From positions 229,297,238-229,361,237 of the forward strand of contig NC_133621.1 in assembly GCF_048593235.1 (NCBI RefSeq): DNA of 64,000 nt, given 5' to 3'. The notes beneath the pieces are model-generated. The model searched no databases. It had not been told where the DNA came from and saw only the letters and a program-made list of their open reading frames with translations. Source of the stretch: Sminthopsis crassicaudata. Taxonomy: Eukaryota. Position numbers and translations under genes: made by a program. The first letter of the stretch is position 1, and every line of letters begins with the position of its first letter. This document shows positions 1 to 10,498 of this stretch, one piece after another.

Positions 1-684
1 AAAATAATAAAAAAATTTCAGACTCAAAGTGCAATGATCCCTTTCCCGTTTGGGCTATTTAAGCAAGGCAGGACCATCATCTTGAGTAGAAAAAACAGGG
101 TTAGCAAATAAACACACACACGCTATATTCCATTGTTGAAAGGTTAGGTGGTTGCTGAGAATTCAAAGCAGCCGATTCTGTGTAATCAACCTGGAGTTCT
201 GACTTTCGCTCCCAGACAAAAAAGTACAGGTCAATAATCCCTCGAGCTCAGACAAAATCTTCATCTCTAAGGCAAAACCCCTTTGAATCGATTATTCCTT
301 AAATTAATACTATTTGGGGATTTCAATGGCGCCTCTACAAGCCGAAGGGCTTCACAAAGAAGGGAGAGTGTGGCTGAAACCTGTCCGTCTCCCGGAGAGT
401 CGGACGGCACGTCAGACGGGAAGGTTAAGGTTGCTCGGGGTAGAAGGTAAGTTTTTGTTTGTTCGTTTTTTCTTTGGGGAGGAGGAGAGAAATCTTGGCC
501 AAGGGCAGAGGGAGAACTTCCTCCCCTAGGATCTTTATGTAATCTTGGAGGCTAAAGGTAGATCTTAGATTTTTATCAAGATTTCGCATAAAGGCAGCTA
601 CTCGGTAATTAAAGGAATAGGGCCCCTGTCATTCGTTTCCCGGGGGTGAGAAGCATTAATCCGTTTCCAGTCCCAGGGCTGCCT

Positions 685-897
685 NNNNNNNNNNNNNNNN
701 NNNNNNNNNNNNNNNNNNNNNNNNNNNNNNNNNNNNNNNNNNNNNNNNNNNNNNNNNNNNNNNNNNNNNNNNNNNNNNNNNNNNNNNNNNNNNNNNNNNN
801 NNNNNNNNNNNNNNNNNNNNNNNNNNNNNNNNNNNNNNNNNNNNNNNNNNNNNNNNNNNNNNNNNNNNNNNNNNNNNNNNNNNNNNNNNNNNNNNNN
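685..897. other. Assembly gap (N) inside the CpG island / ACVR1B intron 1
   Basis: Run of N. Other gaps: 12701-12935, 14720-15437, 20720-21046, 23052-23402 (with a 6-nt island at 23251-23256) and 46627-46764. Confidence 0.99.
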
Positions 898-1205
898 TGG
901 GGGGAGGGGTCGGGGCTGTTTCCCTCCCCAGGACGTGGGCAGGTAGGAGATCGGGGAGACCCCGGTCCCGGAATACGCAGGGGAGGAGGGAGGGCTGGCG
1001 CCTCTTCCTCAGGCCCGGAGGGCGGCGACCACGCCTCGCCGGGCAGGCGGAGAAGGGATCCCCGGAGCGCCGGGGCCGAGCCGAGGCGAGCCGAGCCCGC
1101 GGACGGCCCGGCGGCGGAGGGAGGGAGGGGGTGCCTGGGTTCAGGCCTCGCCCCGAATCCCGCCCGCTCTCGCCACTCTCCTTCCCCACTCTCCCCGGGA
1201 CTCAC

Positions 1206-1296
1206 CCTGGGTCCCCCGAGGTCCGGCGCCGCCGCCGCCCTCCAGCAGGAGGAAGACCAGGAGGAGGAAGGAGGAGGCTCCGAACGACTCCGCCAT
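1206..1296 (-). CDS. ACVR1B: Activin receptor type-1B (ALK4), coding part of exon 1 (signal peptide)
   Basis: Minus strand reads MAESFGASSFLLLVFLLLEGGGGAGPRGTQ+G, matching recalled human MAESAGASSFFPLVVLLLAGSGGSGPRGVQ at 22/30 positions. ATG at 1296 has strong Kozak context (ACTATGG). The 91-nt exon ends at donor CAGG|GTGAGT (GT at 1205-1204). It lies in a CpG island. The rest of the gene is beyond position 1. Confidence 0.96.
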
Positions 1297-1308
1297 AGTA
1301 ACAGTCGC

Positions 1309-1312
<4 letters not shown>

Positions 1313-1354
<42 letters not shown>
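1313..1354 (-). repeat. (GGC)14 trinucleotide repeat in the ACVR1B 5'UTR
   Basis: 14 uninterrupted GCC units on the plus strand, ending 16 nt upstream of the ATG. Confidence 0.95.
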
Positions 1355-1356
<2 letters not shown>

Positions 1357-2154
1357 AGCCCAGCAGCTCCCGGCGCGCGCCCGCGCCCGCCCGCCCCGAG
1401 CGCGCGCCCGCCGCCGCCTCCGCCTCCTCCCCGCACGTGCTGTCCCGGACGCCGCGCGGGACCCCCCCGCAGCGCGCGTGCGCGAGGAGTCAGCTAGAGT
1501 CCCCCTCGAAGGAAGGGGCGAGAGATGCGCAGGATTGCCCCTTGCTTAAAGAAGGGGCGCGCAGCTCCGCGCTAGGCAGCGGCGGAGAAGAGAGCGCGCA
1601 CGCGCCCCGCTGAGGGCTCTCCCTCTCCAGGAAACCGGCGAGGAGCGCGAGCAGGGAAGGCGGTGCCTCTGTACGTGCGTATGTGCGCGCGCGCGCGCCG
1701 GGGCGAGGGGCGGTGCGCCGGGGAGCGCGCACCTTGGGGACCGGTCACCTGTGGGACCTTGGCTGCCCGGAACGATAATAGCCATGCTACTCTAAAAGGG
1801 TTTGTAGAGGGAGCTGCCTAAAGGTCAACTAGTATCCTGGGGAGGCGAGATTTTCCCTTTCCCAGTCCCTAGGGAGGGTCCAAAGGCAATGAGGGGGCCC
1901 TGTGGTATGGATAGGGAGGTGAGAACGGTCACGGTGTCGGGTCCGGTCCCAGCGGTTTCTGCAGGCTTGGAGCCAGTGGTCCCCGGCCCTCCGTGCTCCC
2001 AGAGGGGCACTTCGTGCACACCTTAATCTCCGCCGCCCTTCACCTCCGAAGGAGGACTCCCACTCACTCTGAACTTAACCTTAGAGCAGTGCAACCTTGG
2101 CAGCGGACTGCTAGCCCGAGCTTTTTACCAGGTTTGCCACGAGACTGCCCGGAT

Positions 2155-2285
2155 TCATTCCAATGAAGCCTTCATTAAGCACCTCCTATGGGGCAGACCG
2201 CTGGGCTGGCCTCGAGTGGGATCTAAAAATTAAGGGAGACAAGATCCACTGCCATTGAATTCGGGATCCAGTCACACAAGTTCAT
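2155..2285 (-). mobile_element. L2 LINE 3' end fragment
   Basis: ttcattcc...ttcattaagcacctcctatg... resembles the reverse-complement L2 3' terminus. Confidence 0.55.
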
Positions 2286-3439
2286 TAGCCAATGGTTTCA
2301 ATGTGGCTTTTTAGGTCTAAAGAGAGAAAAGACCATTGTGGGTTAGGGAGGATGAGGAGGATGGGGAAATCTCGGAAGACTTCGTGAAGGAAGTAGCATT
2401 AGTCCACAACTAAGATTTCATGTTAATTAATAACTGCATTTATATGGTGTTTGCAAAGTACTCCTGTCAGCTCTCAGGCACCTACCTGATCATCGCTACT
2501 AAGCGTCGGAGGCAAGGGTCAAACTCCCGAAGCTCGGTCCTCTCTCCTCCCTGCTGCACGGACAGAGAGAATCTCCAAAGGCTTCCCAATGAATAAGTAG
2601 AAGCACTCACTCCTTTCTATCTGACTCTCACTGTTTTAACACAACAATGTAAGCAGATTATGCATACATAATTGTTGTGTTAAAGCCGGAGAGAGTCAGG
2701 TCATTCTTGTAGCTCACCGGCGTGCCCCGCAGCCCCAGTTCCCAAAGCTGCCTGGGATTCAAGGTGTTCTGTGGTTCTGCATTTATTCAGAACCATTATC
2801 ATGAGCCCCCACTAATGTGCTTACTGTTACAGCCGCTCAAGGCAGAATTAGTTCAAAGCCAAGGCATTTCATGAAATCACACAGTAAGAAAAAGGATACT
2901 TTGTTATTCTTGGTTACAAGGGGAGGCTCAGTTGGTGGGGGTAGAGGTATGGAGAAATGATTGAGTGGGGAAGTGAAGGAAGGAAAAAGAAAGAGGGGAC
3001 GGGAAAGAAAAGAAACTATCGGTAGAATATTTTCCCCATAAATCTGGGACACATTCTCCTGCACAGACCATCAGTGGAAAGAGGGAGGAGGGACACACTT
3101 AGGGCACAGGTGTTTCAGGGGCCCTGGTGACTCGGATGCTTCAGTGTCCTATGTTCCTTGGTGACATCACTTTCTGCTCTTGTTGAGCTGGTTCTTCGCT
3201 GGGTGTGGCTTTCAGTCTGGCATCCTCCCCACTGGGTAATGCATTTAGTCTTTGAGTTGCCTGCTGCTCCCTGTACCCCACTGGGATGTTCTCACTGCTG
3301 CCACCTACTGGGTCTCACCAGGAATCTTTACCTAAGTGTTACCTCTTCCCCCTAAGAAAATGCTTTTCCATCTCAGAGAAGCAAAAACAGAGACAGAGAG
3401 ATGGATAAAGCATTTGTTAAGTACTTATCTCGAATGAGA

Positions 3440-3750
3440 TGCTACTTCTTCATCTCTGCCACCGAGTTTTCCCAGCTTCATTCAAGTTTTGGCCAAAGTC
3501 CAACCTTCATCAAGAAGCCATTCCTGATCCCCTTAACTTTAATGCCTTCCCTCAGAGATTGTCTCCAATTAATTCAGTCTATTGCTTGTTTGTATCTACT
3601 TGAGTATATGTTTTCTCCTCCCATTAGACTCTTGTCTCCTTCACAGCAGAGGCTATTTTTTGGCCTTTTTTGGTATCCCCCAGCATTTAGCAGAGTACCT
3701 GGCCCATAAAAGGTACTTAATTAATGCTTATTGACTTATTGACTTGACAT
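3440..3750 (+). mobile_element. L2 LINE 3' fragment
   Basis: ...cccagcatttagcagagtacctggcccataaaaggtacttaattaatgcttattgact is a typical marsupial L2 3' end. Confidence 0.7.
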
Positions 3751-3869
3751 GTTTCAACATCTAATTGACCCTTCTGCCAATCTCTCTTGATACCAGTTCA
3801 GACCATTGCCAATATTAGTTATCCTGAACCACTATCTTCTTGATGATGTCTTGTTCAAGAATCTATAGT

Positions 3870-3990
3870 GGGGGGATAGAGCACCTGTCCTTGAGGCAAG
3901 AAGACCTGAGTTCAAATCAAGACTCAGATACTTGACACTTACTAGGTATGTGATCTTTGGCAAATTACTTAACCTTGCCAAAAAAAAAAA
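3870..3990 (+). mobile_element. 5'-truncated tRNA-derived CORE-SINE with A tail
   Basis: B box GAGTTCAAATC, core ...caaattacttaacc, A13 tail, degenerate TSD aatctatagtgg / aatctagagtgg. Confidence 0.8.
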
Positions 3991-4477
3991 ATCTAGAGTG
4001 GTCTCTATTGTCCACAACTAGTTCATCTTTGAGACTCTCAACATACCATTCAAAATGTCCTCTGGGAATACTCCTTAGCTGACATCTTTATTAGTACCTT
4101 ATCAGACATTGATTCTGCCTAAAAATCTAAACTAGTCATATGATATATGTAGAGGATGAGAGGAGAGGCAGATCAGATTAAATAGAGTACAAAGGGAGAG
4201 AGCTATGATGAAGGTGGTAGAAAATACCAGAAACAGATAACCCAGTTCATAGGTTTGTCTGTTGCCATTCAAAGGCATCTTTTCTATTGAATTCAGATCA
4301 TTCCCTCCATAACCACAGTGGTTTTTTTTTTCTTGTTATCCATTTCCAACTATGTTTCATGAATTAATAATTTTCATTAAACATTTCAAAAAGAAACCAG
4401 TACTATTGAATATAGGCCCATTTCAAGGCCAAGCTCATTTGCCTGTCCTTCAAGGCCTCAATAATTAGTCCTCATTT

Positions 4478-4713
4478 GCTTGCATTTATGTAATTTTTAA
4501 AATACTTTATAAGTATTGTCTCATTTTTCCTCACAACAACTCTAGGAGGTAGGTGATAATATTATCTCCATTTTACAGATGATTAAACTGAAGCAGACAA
4601 AAATTAAGTGACTTGCCCAGCATCAGGCAGCTAGTAGATGTCTGAAACCATATTCAAATTCAGGTCTTCCTGACTACAACTCCTATGTTCTATCCACTAT
4701 GCACTTAGCTATC
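4478..4713 (-). mobile_element. MIR SINE
   Basis: Core ccattttacagatgattaaactgaagc...aagtgacttgcccagcatc, plus reverse B and A boxes. Confidence 0.85.
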
Positions 4714-4734
4714 CTTTATTATACATGACAATCC

Positions 4735-5160
4735 AAAAATATTTGTAAATTATCTTCTGAATACATTTATAAATTATCTGCTGTGCTAGGTCTGAGGATA
4801 CAAAGATAAAACTACCTTATTTATCTTAAGAAGTTGATAGTCTATTAGTGGTGGTGATAAAACACATCAAACTATATATAAATTGAAGAGAAAGAAAGCA
4901 CTCATAATGATGGGTAAGGATAGGAGGAGAATCAAAGAGGCGAGGACACCTGAGGTAGGCCTTTAAATAAGATGAGGAATCTTCTGAAAGCAGAAAGAGG
5001 GAGAACATTTCAAGTCAGTGCTAATGTATTTTGCAAGCAGATGGAATGTTGAATTTGGGAATAGCTAGTGATCCAGGTTGGTTGAACACAGGGTCCTGGA
5101 AAGAATTTATATAAAATAAGATTAGGAAAGTAGATTGGAATCAGTGTGTGGAGGGCCTTA
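4735..5160 (-). mobile_element. L2 LINE fragment
   Basis: tgtgctaggtctgaggatacaaag...gtggagggccttaaa follows the antisense L2 consensus. Confidence 0.65.
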
Positions 5161-5209
5161 AACATCTATTCAAACATTTATAAGGAAAGAAGAAAACCAA
5201 ATTACCAAT

Positions 5210-5673
5210 TGTTAGGATTACTAAGTGAGAACTCAGGTTGTCTGGACAGTGACAAGGTGAGAATTCAGGTTTTCTGGACAATTACAAGGTGAGAACTCAG
5301 GTTGACTTGATAGAGGGGGCAAGCTCATTGGCTGGGGTGGTTCTTCCCAGAAGCCCTTGCATTATCCCACGCCCATTCTCTGGGAGAATAAAAGAGACAG
5401 CACTGGGCCCAGAGAGCAGATCGGCCTGGAGAAGGATAAGAGCTGGAGGAGATTCAGAGCCAGGATTCAAGAAGAGGGTCTCTGCATTACATCAGGCCTG
5501 ATGGGGCTCTCTGCAGGAAGGGAAGTCACTTCTCTGGACAAGAGTTAACAGCAACTGCCTGGAGACAACGGTTCACTACAGGAAGAAGAATCTGTCTGAG
5601 AGATTTGAGTAGACACAGCAGATCTCTTCCCAGAGAGTGATCCGGCAGCTTCTAGAGACGACAGCTCGCTACA
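5210..5673 (+). mobile_element. 5' LTR of an endogenous retrovirus (probably ERV2/betaretrovirus-like)
   Basis: Starts TGTTAGG and ends ...GCTACA. Has a 32-bp U3 tandem repeat (~2.5 copies, 5226-5305), ATTGG near 5327 and AATAAAA near 5387. After a 2-nt spacer comes a perfect 18-nt PBS. Confidence 0.88.
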
Positions 5674-5675
5674 AT

Positions 5676-5693
5676 TGGCGCCCAACGTGGGGC
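5676..5693 (+). other. Primer-binding site for tRNA-Lys(CUU) (Lys1,2)
   Basis: TGGCGCCCAACGTGGGGC is the 18/18 complement of the 3' end of mammalian tRNA-Lys1,2. Confidence 0.93.
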
Positions 5694-5744
5694 AAGGACT
5701 TTTGCTTATCTTGACAAGAGGAGCTAGACCAGACCTTCGCAATT

Positions 5745-5760
5745 TGGCGCCCGAACAGGG
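5745..5760 (+). other. Second primer-binding site for tRNA-Lys(UUU) (Lys3), 3'-truncated
   Basis: TGGCGCCCGAACAGGG matches the first 16 nt of the Lys3 PBS (TGGCGCCCGAACAGGGAC). L1 sequence follows. Confidence 0.88.
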
Positions 5761-5761
5761 C

Positions 5762-5965
5762 GAAAATGAAAAGGGTAAACTTACTACTAATGAAGAGAAA
5801 ATTATAGCAATAATTAGGAACCATTTTGCTTAATTGTATGCCAATAAATCTGACAATCTAAGTGAAACACATAAATATTTACAAAAATATAGGTTGCCCA
5901 GGTTAACGAAAGAGAAAATAAAATACTTAAACAGCCCCATTTTAGAAAAAGAAATTGAACAAATA
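5762..5965 (+). mobile_element. L1 ORF2 internal fragment
   Basis: aaaatgaaaaggg...ttgtatgccaataaatctgacaatcta...ccattttagaaaaagaaattgaacaa matches the marsupial L1 ORF2 region just upstream of the RT domain. Confidence 0.85.
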
Positions 5966-5979
5966 TTTATTAAGAACTT

Positions 5980-7555
5980 ACCAAGATGGTGGAGATGACA
6001 CACATTTCTTTTTGACCTTCTCCTCTTTCTGCTTCTAGACTCTCAGACTAATTAGCAAATCCAGTCTCTGAATTAATTCTGGATAGGCAGAACCCACAAA
6101 TATTGGGAGTGCAACAAATTACAAGCAAAAGATAATTTCAAAGATCCCCAGGAAAGGTCTGTTTCAATTGGAAATTGGAGTTTGGCAGCCAGCACAAGCA
6201 GCTGAGCACAGATGACAGTGCAGACAGCACAGAGTCCTGGGTGGTACAGACTCCACAAAGTGGTACAGATTCTGTGGGGCAGAGAATCTACAATGAGGAA
6301 TCTACAGCAGCAGTGTTGGCTATTCTGCCCTGGCTGTAAGCCATTAGATCAGCAGAGAAGTTATAAAATATCCAACACAAACACAAAAGGTAAATAGTGA
6401 ATTGCAAAGCGCCAGAATCTCACAGGACCTGGCCACGCCCACCCAGAATTGGGAATGAGTCAGCACTGATCCAGCGCAGCTATGGCTGCTTATAGAGGAA
6501 GCTGCTGCTTGTAGAGAAAGCTTGGAAAACCTTTCCTGCCTAAAAGCAGACCTTAATTTTTTTTTGAAAAATGAGTAAAAAAGTAGAGAATTCTGACAAT
6601 AGACAGCTTCTATAGTGAAAGAGAAGAACAGATCTCAAACCCTGGATTGTCACCAGAAGAATCCCCCAAAAGGTGATATAACCTGGTCCCTATCATACAA
6701 GGCTCTCCTGGAAGAAATTAAAAAGGATCTTAAAAGAGAGCTAGAAGAAAAATGGGGAAAGGAAATGAAAACTTTGCAAGAGGGTTTGGAAAGGCATATA
6801 ACTCATTAAAAGATAGATTTGATAAAATGGAAAAAGAAAACAACTCCTTAAAAAACGGAATTTTTGAAATGGAAAAAAATTCCATAGAACAAAAGAACTC
6901 ATTTAAAAATTCAATTGGAGGGGCAGTTAGGTGGTGCAGTGGATAGAGCACCAGCCTTGAATTCAGGAGGACCTGAGTTCAAATCTGGCCTCAGACACTT
7001 AATGCTTCCTAGCTGTGTGACCCTGGGCAAGTCACTTAACCCCAGCCTCCAAAAAAAATAAAAAAAAAAAAGAAATTGAAAAAAGAAAAAAAAGTAAATG
7101 AAGAAAATAATTCACTAAAATTCAGAACTGAACAAATGGAAATGAATGATTCAATGAGACAACAAGAATCAGTCAAGCAAAACCCAAAATAATGAAAAAA
7201 TAGAAAAAAAGTGTAAAAAACCTAATTGGGAAAACAATTACCCTGAAAAATAGATATAGGAGAGACAATACATGATAAAAAAAAAAAAAAGCCTAGACAC
7301 GATTCAAAGAGAACTGCTTGGATGTCATAGAATCAGAAAATAAAATGACCATTGAAAGAATTCACTGAACACCTCCTGAAAGAGACCCCAAAATTAAAAC
7401 GCCAAGGAATATCATGGCTAAATTCAAGAACTATTGGACCAAGAAAAAAATACTACAAGCATCCAGAAAGAAACAATTCAAATACCAAGGAACAACAATA
7501 AGGATTACTCAAGACCTAGCAGCTTCCTCTTTAAAGGATCGAAGGGCCTGGAATC
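5980..7555 (+). mobile_element. L1 5'UTR and disrupted ORF1
   Basis: Starts ccaagatggtggag (L1 5' end motif). ORF1 coiled-coil remnants (LLEEIKKDLKRELEEKWGKE) and C-terminal domain remnant (ILQASRKKQFKYQGTTIRITQDLA). Interrupted by a SINE at 6920. Confidence 0.88.
6920..7071 (+). mobile_element. WSINE1-type SINE inserted in L1 ORF1
   Basis: GGGGCAG start, A box, B box GAGTTCAAATC, core, ...AACCCCAGCCTC and an A tail. Confidence 0.93.
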
Positions 7556-7559
7556 TCAT

Positions 7560-7892
7560 GTCTGGTGAATTCACCAGTTTCATTGAATGTCCATCTTCTT
7601 CCCTGAAAGAAAATGCTCAGTTTAGCAGGATGATTTATCCTTAGCTGTGTTCCAAGTTCCTTTGCCTTTTGGAATATTAGATATTACTTTTTTTACTTCA
7701 CCTGAAGCATAATAGATTCTGCTCCAGCTTTTTACCTTTACTCTGTATATAATGCTCTGCTTTAAATGTGTTTCTTGTAAACAAAATATTGTAGAATTCT
7801 GGCTTTTAATCCAGTCTACTATCTGCTCACACTTTATGGGAGAGTTCACCCCATTCACATTTACAGTCAAAACTACTAAGTCTACTATTTCC
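7560..7892 (-). mobile_element. Inverted L1 pieces: ORF1 3' continuation (7560-7685) and ORF2 endonuclease N-terminus (7686-7892)
   Basis: Minus strand gives atctaatattccaaaaggcaaaggaac..., the direct continuation of the plus-strand ORF1. It also encodes VNVNGVNSPIK...IFCLQETHLK...WSRIYYAS (APE endonuclease motif). Confidence 0.85.
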
Positions 7893-7934
7893 TGCCATCT
7901 TATTAATCCCAAATTAATACAAGATATAAATATC

Positions 7935-9523
7935 ACCAAACATTTAAAGAACAATTAACTCCAATACTATATAAACTATTTGAAAAAAATAAGGAAGGAA
8001 GGACTCCTACCAAATTCCTTTTATGACACAGACATGATACTGATTCCTAAAACAGGTAGGACAAAAACAGAGAAAGAAAATTATGGACCAATCTCCCTAA
8101 TGAATTTTGATGCAAAAATCTTAAATAAAATATTAGCAAAGAGAATACAGAAAATCATCCCCAGAATAATACACCATAACCAAGTAGGATTTATACCAGG
8201 AATGCAGGGCTGGTTCAATATTAGGAAAACTATTAGCACCATTGACTATATCAATAACCAAATTAACAAAAACTATATGATTATCCCAATAGATGCAGAA
8301 AAAGCATTTGATAAAATCCAACACTCGTTCCTATTAAAAACATTAGAGGATATAGGAATAAATGGAATTTTCCTTAAAAAGTCAGTAGCATCAATTTTAA
8401 AGCTATCAGCAAGCATCATATGTAATGGGGATAAACTGGAACCATTTCCAATAAGATCAGGGGTGAAACAAGGTTTCCCACTATCACCATTACTATTCAA
8501 TATTGTATTAGAAACACTAGCCTCAGCAATAAGAGTCGAGATAGAGATTAAAGAAATTAGAGTAGGTAATGAGAAAACCAAATTATCACTCTTTGCAGAT
8601 GATATGATGGTATAGTTAGAGAACCCTAGAGAATCAACTAAAAACTATTAGAAATAATTCACAACTTTAGCAAAGTTGCAGCATACAAAATAAATCTACA
8701 TAAATCATTAGCATTCTTTTACATCACTAACAAAATCCAGCAGTAAGAGATACAAAGAGAAATTCAATTTAAAATAACTGTTAAAAGGAAAAAAAAATGT
8801 TTGGGAATCAATATACCAAGGGAGGGTTAGGAATTATATGAGCAAAACTACAAAACACTTTCCACACAAATAAAGTCAGAACTAAGCAACTGGAAAAATA
8901 TCAAGTGCTCTTGGATAGCTCAAGTGAATATAACAAAGATGAAAATACTCCTCAAAGAGTATAACCAATCAAATTCCCAAGTTCTGTAAGAAATGACCAA
9001 TAGGATGATTTCAGAGAGGACTGGACAAGCTTATATGAACTGATGCTCAGTCAAATGAGCAGAACCAGGAGATCTTTATACAAGGCAACAAGAAGACTAT
9101 ATGATGATTAATTCTGATGGACATGTGGCTCTCTTCAACAATGAGAGGTTTCAAACTAGTTCCACTTGTTCAGTGATGAAGAAAGCTATCTACACCCAGA
9201 GAGAGGATCGTGGGAACAGAGTGTGGAACATAGCATAGCATTCTCATTCTTTCTTATGTTATTTGCTTGCATTTTGCTTTCTTTCTCAGTTTTTATTTTC
9301 CTTCCTTCTTTATCTGATTTGTCTTGTGCAGCAAGATAATTATATAAATATGTATCGTATATTGGATTTATCATGTATTTCAACATATTTGACATGGATT
9401 ACCTGCCAGCTGGGGAGGGGGTGGAGGGGAAGGAGGGGAAAATTTGGAACAAAAGATTTTGAAAGGGTCAGTGTTGGAAAAATTACCCATGCATATGTTT
9501 TGTAAATAAATAAAGAAAGAAAG
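7935..9523 (+). mobile_element. L1 ORF2 reverse-transcriptase remnant plus 3'UTR and A-rich tail (internally deleted)
   Basis: ORF 7980-8615 contains [38 protein letters not shown] and SLFADDM. Sequence jumps to the 3'UTR near 8980 and ends gtaaataaataaagaaagaaag. Confidence 0.95.
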
Positions 9524-10204
9524 AACTGAGCTTTGGAACTCCCACTTTGGGTTATGCTGCCCTATTTGTAAGTCAATGAATACAAACTTAGGTAGTTCAT
9601 TGTATTTATTGGATTCTCAACTACCAAATCATGCTGCTAGCCAACCATCTTGGTTATCTTCTCACCAGCTGTACTGTAGAGGGCTGAAACTTTAGAGAAG
9701 TATACTTGAAACAAGGTGTTAACAATGGAATTGATGAGATGATGGTTCTCTGGTATACATATATTTAGTACTTATCATTGAAATGGACCCTGTCCCTAAC
9801 CTGCTTATGCACTCCTGAGACCATGAGAAGATTATTTCAGTTTCAGCTCTGTCTGCAGTCATAATGCAGGTTGTATTTTCTGTTTCCAATTGCAGGCACA
9901 TACAGCCCCCAGATGTGCCATCTTAAGACCTTGACAACTTGGCAAATATAAAACTTAAAGAAATATTGTCTTCTTATTAACCCTTTGCCTCCTGTCTGGG
10001 AATGGAATTTTTAGTGTGATAAATGTTTCACAGCATTTTTTGTGGGGGTCTTTTTTCCTTTAAATATGTGTCTCTGAAACTACTCCATGCTGATTCCCCT
10101 AATTTGGTTCTGGGGTTACTGGCCAGCTAGCAATAAGCACTCTTAAATTTACATTATTTTATCTGTCCTGTATTTTCTCTCGCTCGGGTATTTCAGCATG
10201 GTGA

Positions 10205-10498
10205 TGTAATGGTTCTCTAGTTCACACATACTCAGTATACTGTAATGATGTAATTACAATAGGGTATTTAGACTGGGGACAAAGTTAGACTCAGAGGGAG
10301 ACTGGTTGAGACCATCAGACTGTCAGACTGCCGGAGGAGACTGGGTCAGATTGAGACTGGGTCAGACTATGACAGACACAGATTGTGTAAGAGACAATAA
10401 AGACTTTGGACTCTATTCTTGTCCATTCTTGTGATGTCTATCCTGCTGAGATCAAGACCCTTCTGGAGGACTTTCAGAAAGCTAGCCCAAACATTACA
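10205..10498 (+). mobile_element. Solo LTR
   Basis: Inverted termini TGTAAT...ATTACA, internal gagactgggtcaga repeats, AATAAA in gagacaataaagactttggact. No clear TSD. Confidence 0.75.

Larger units (their letters stand above)
898..2050. promoter_or_regulatory. CpG island / ACVR1B promoter and 5' end
   Basis: Very GC- and CpG-rich compared with the AT-rich, CpG-depleted flanks, and surrounds exon 1. Contains NRF1-type GCGCAYGCGC motifs at 1474-1483 (minus) and 1596-1605, an E-box CACGTG at 1435-1440, and a GC box near 1707-1713. No TATA box seen. Confidence 0.9.

Noticed and set aside
444-452. Perfect plus-strand splice donor AAG|GTAAGT beside a small CpG cluster (possible antisense exon)
   Set aside because: About one such 9-mer is expected by chance in a window this size, and no supporting acceptor or promoter evidence was found.
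609-1785. Long GC-rich ORFs over the CpG island (609-1436 minus, 646-1497 plus, 656-1189 minus and others)
   Set aside because: Stop-poor GC-rich and repeat sequence spanning an N gap. The real coding exon is in another frame (1206-1296).
7980-8615. 211-aa reverse-transcriptase ORF as a functional or domesticated gene
   Set aside because: Fragment of a rearranged, frameshifted L1 ORF2 with a stop right after the FADD motif.
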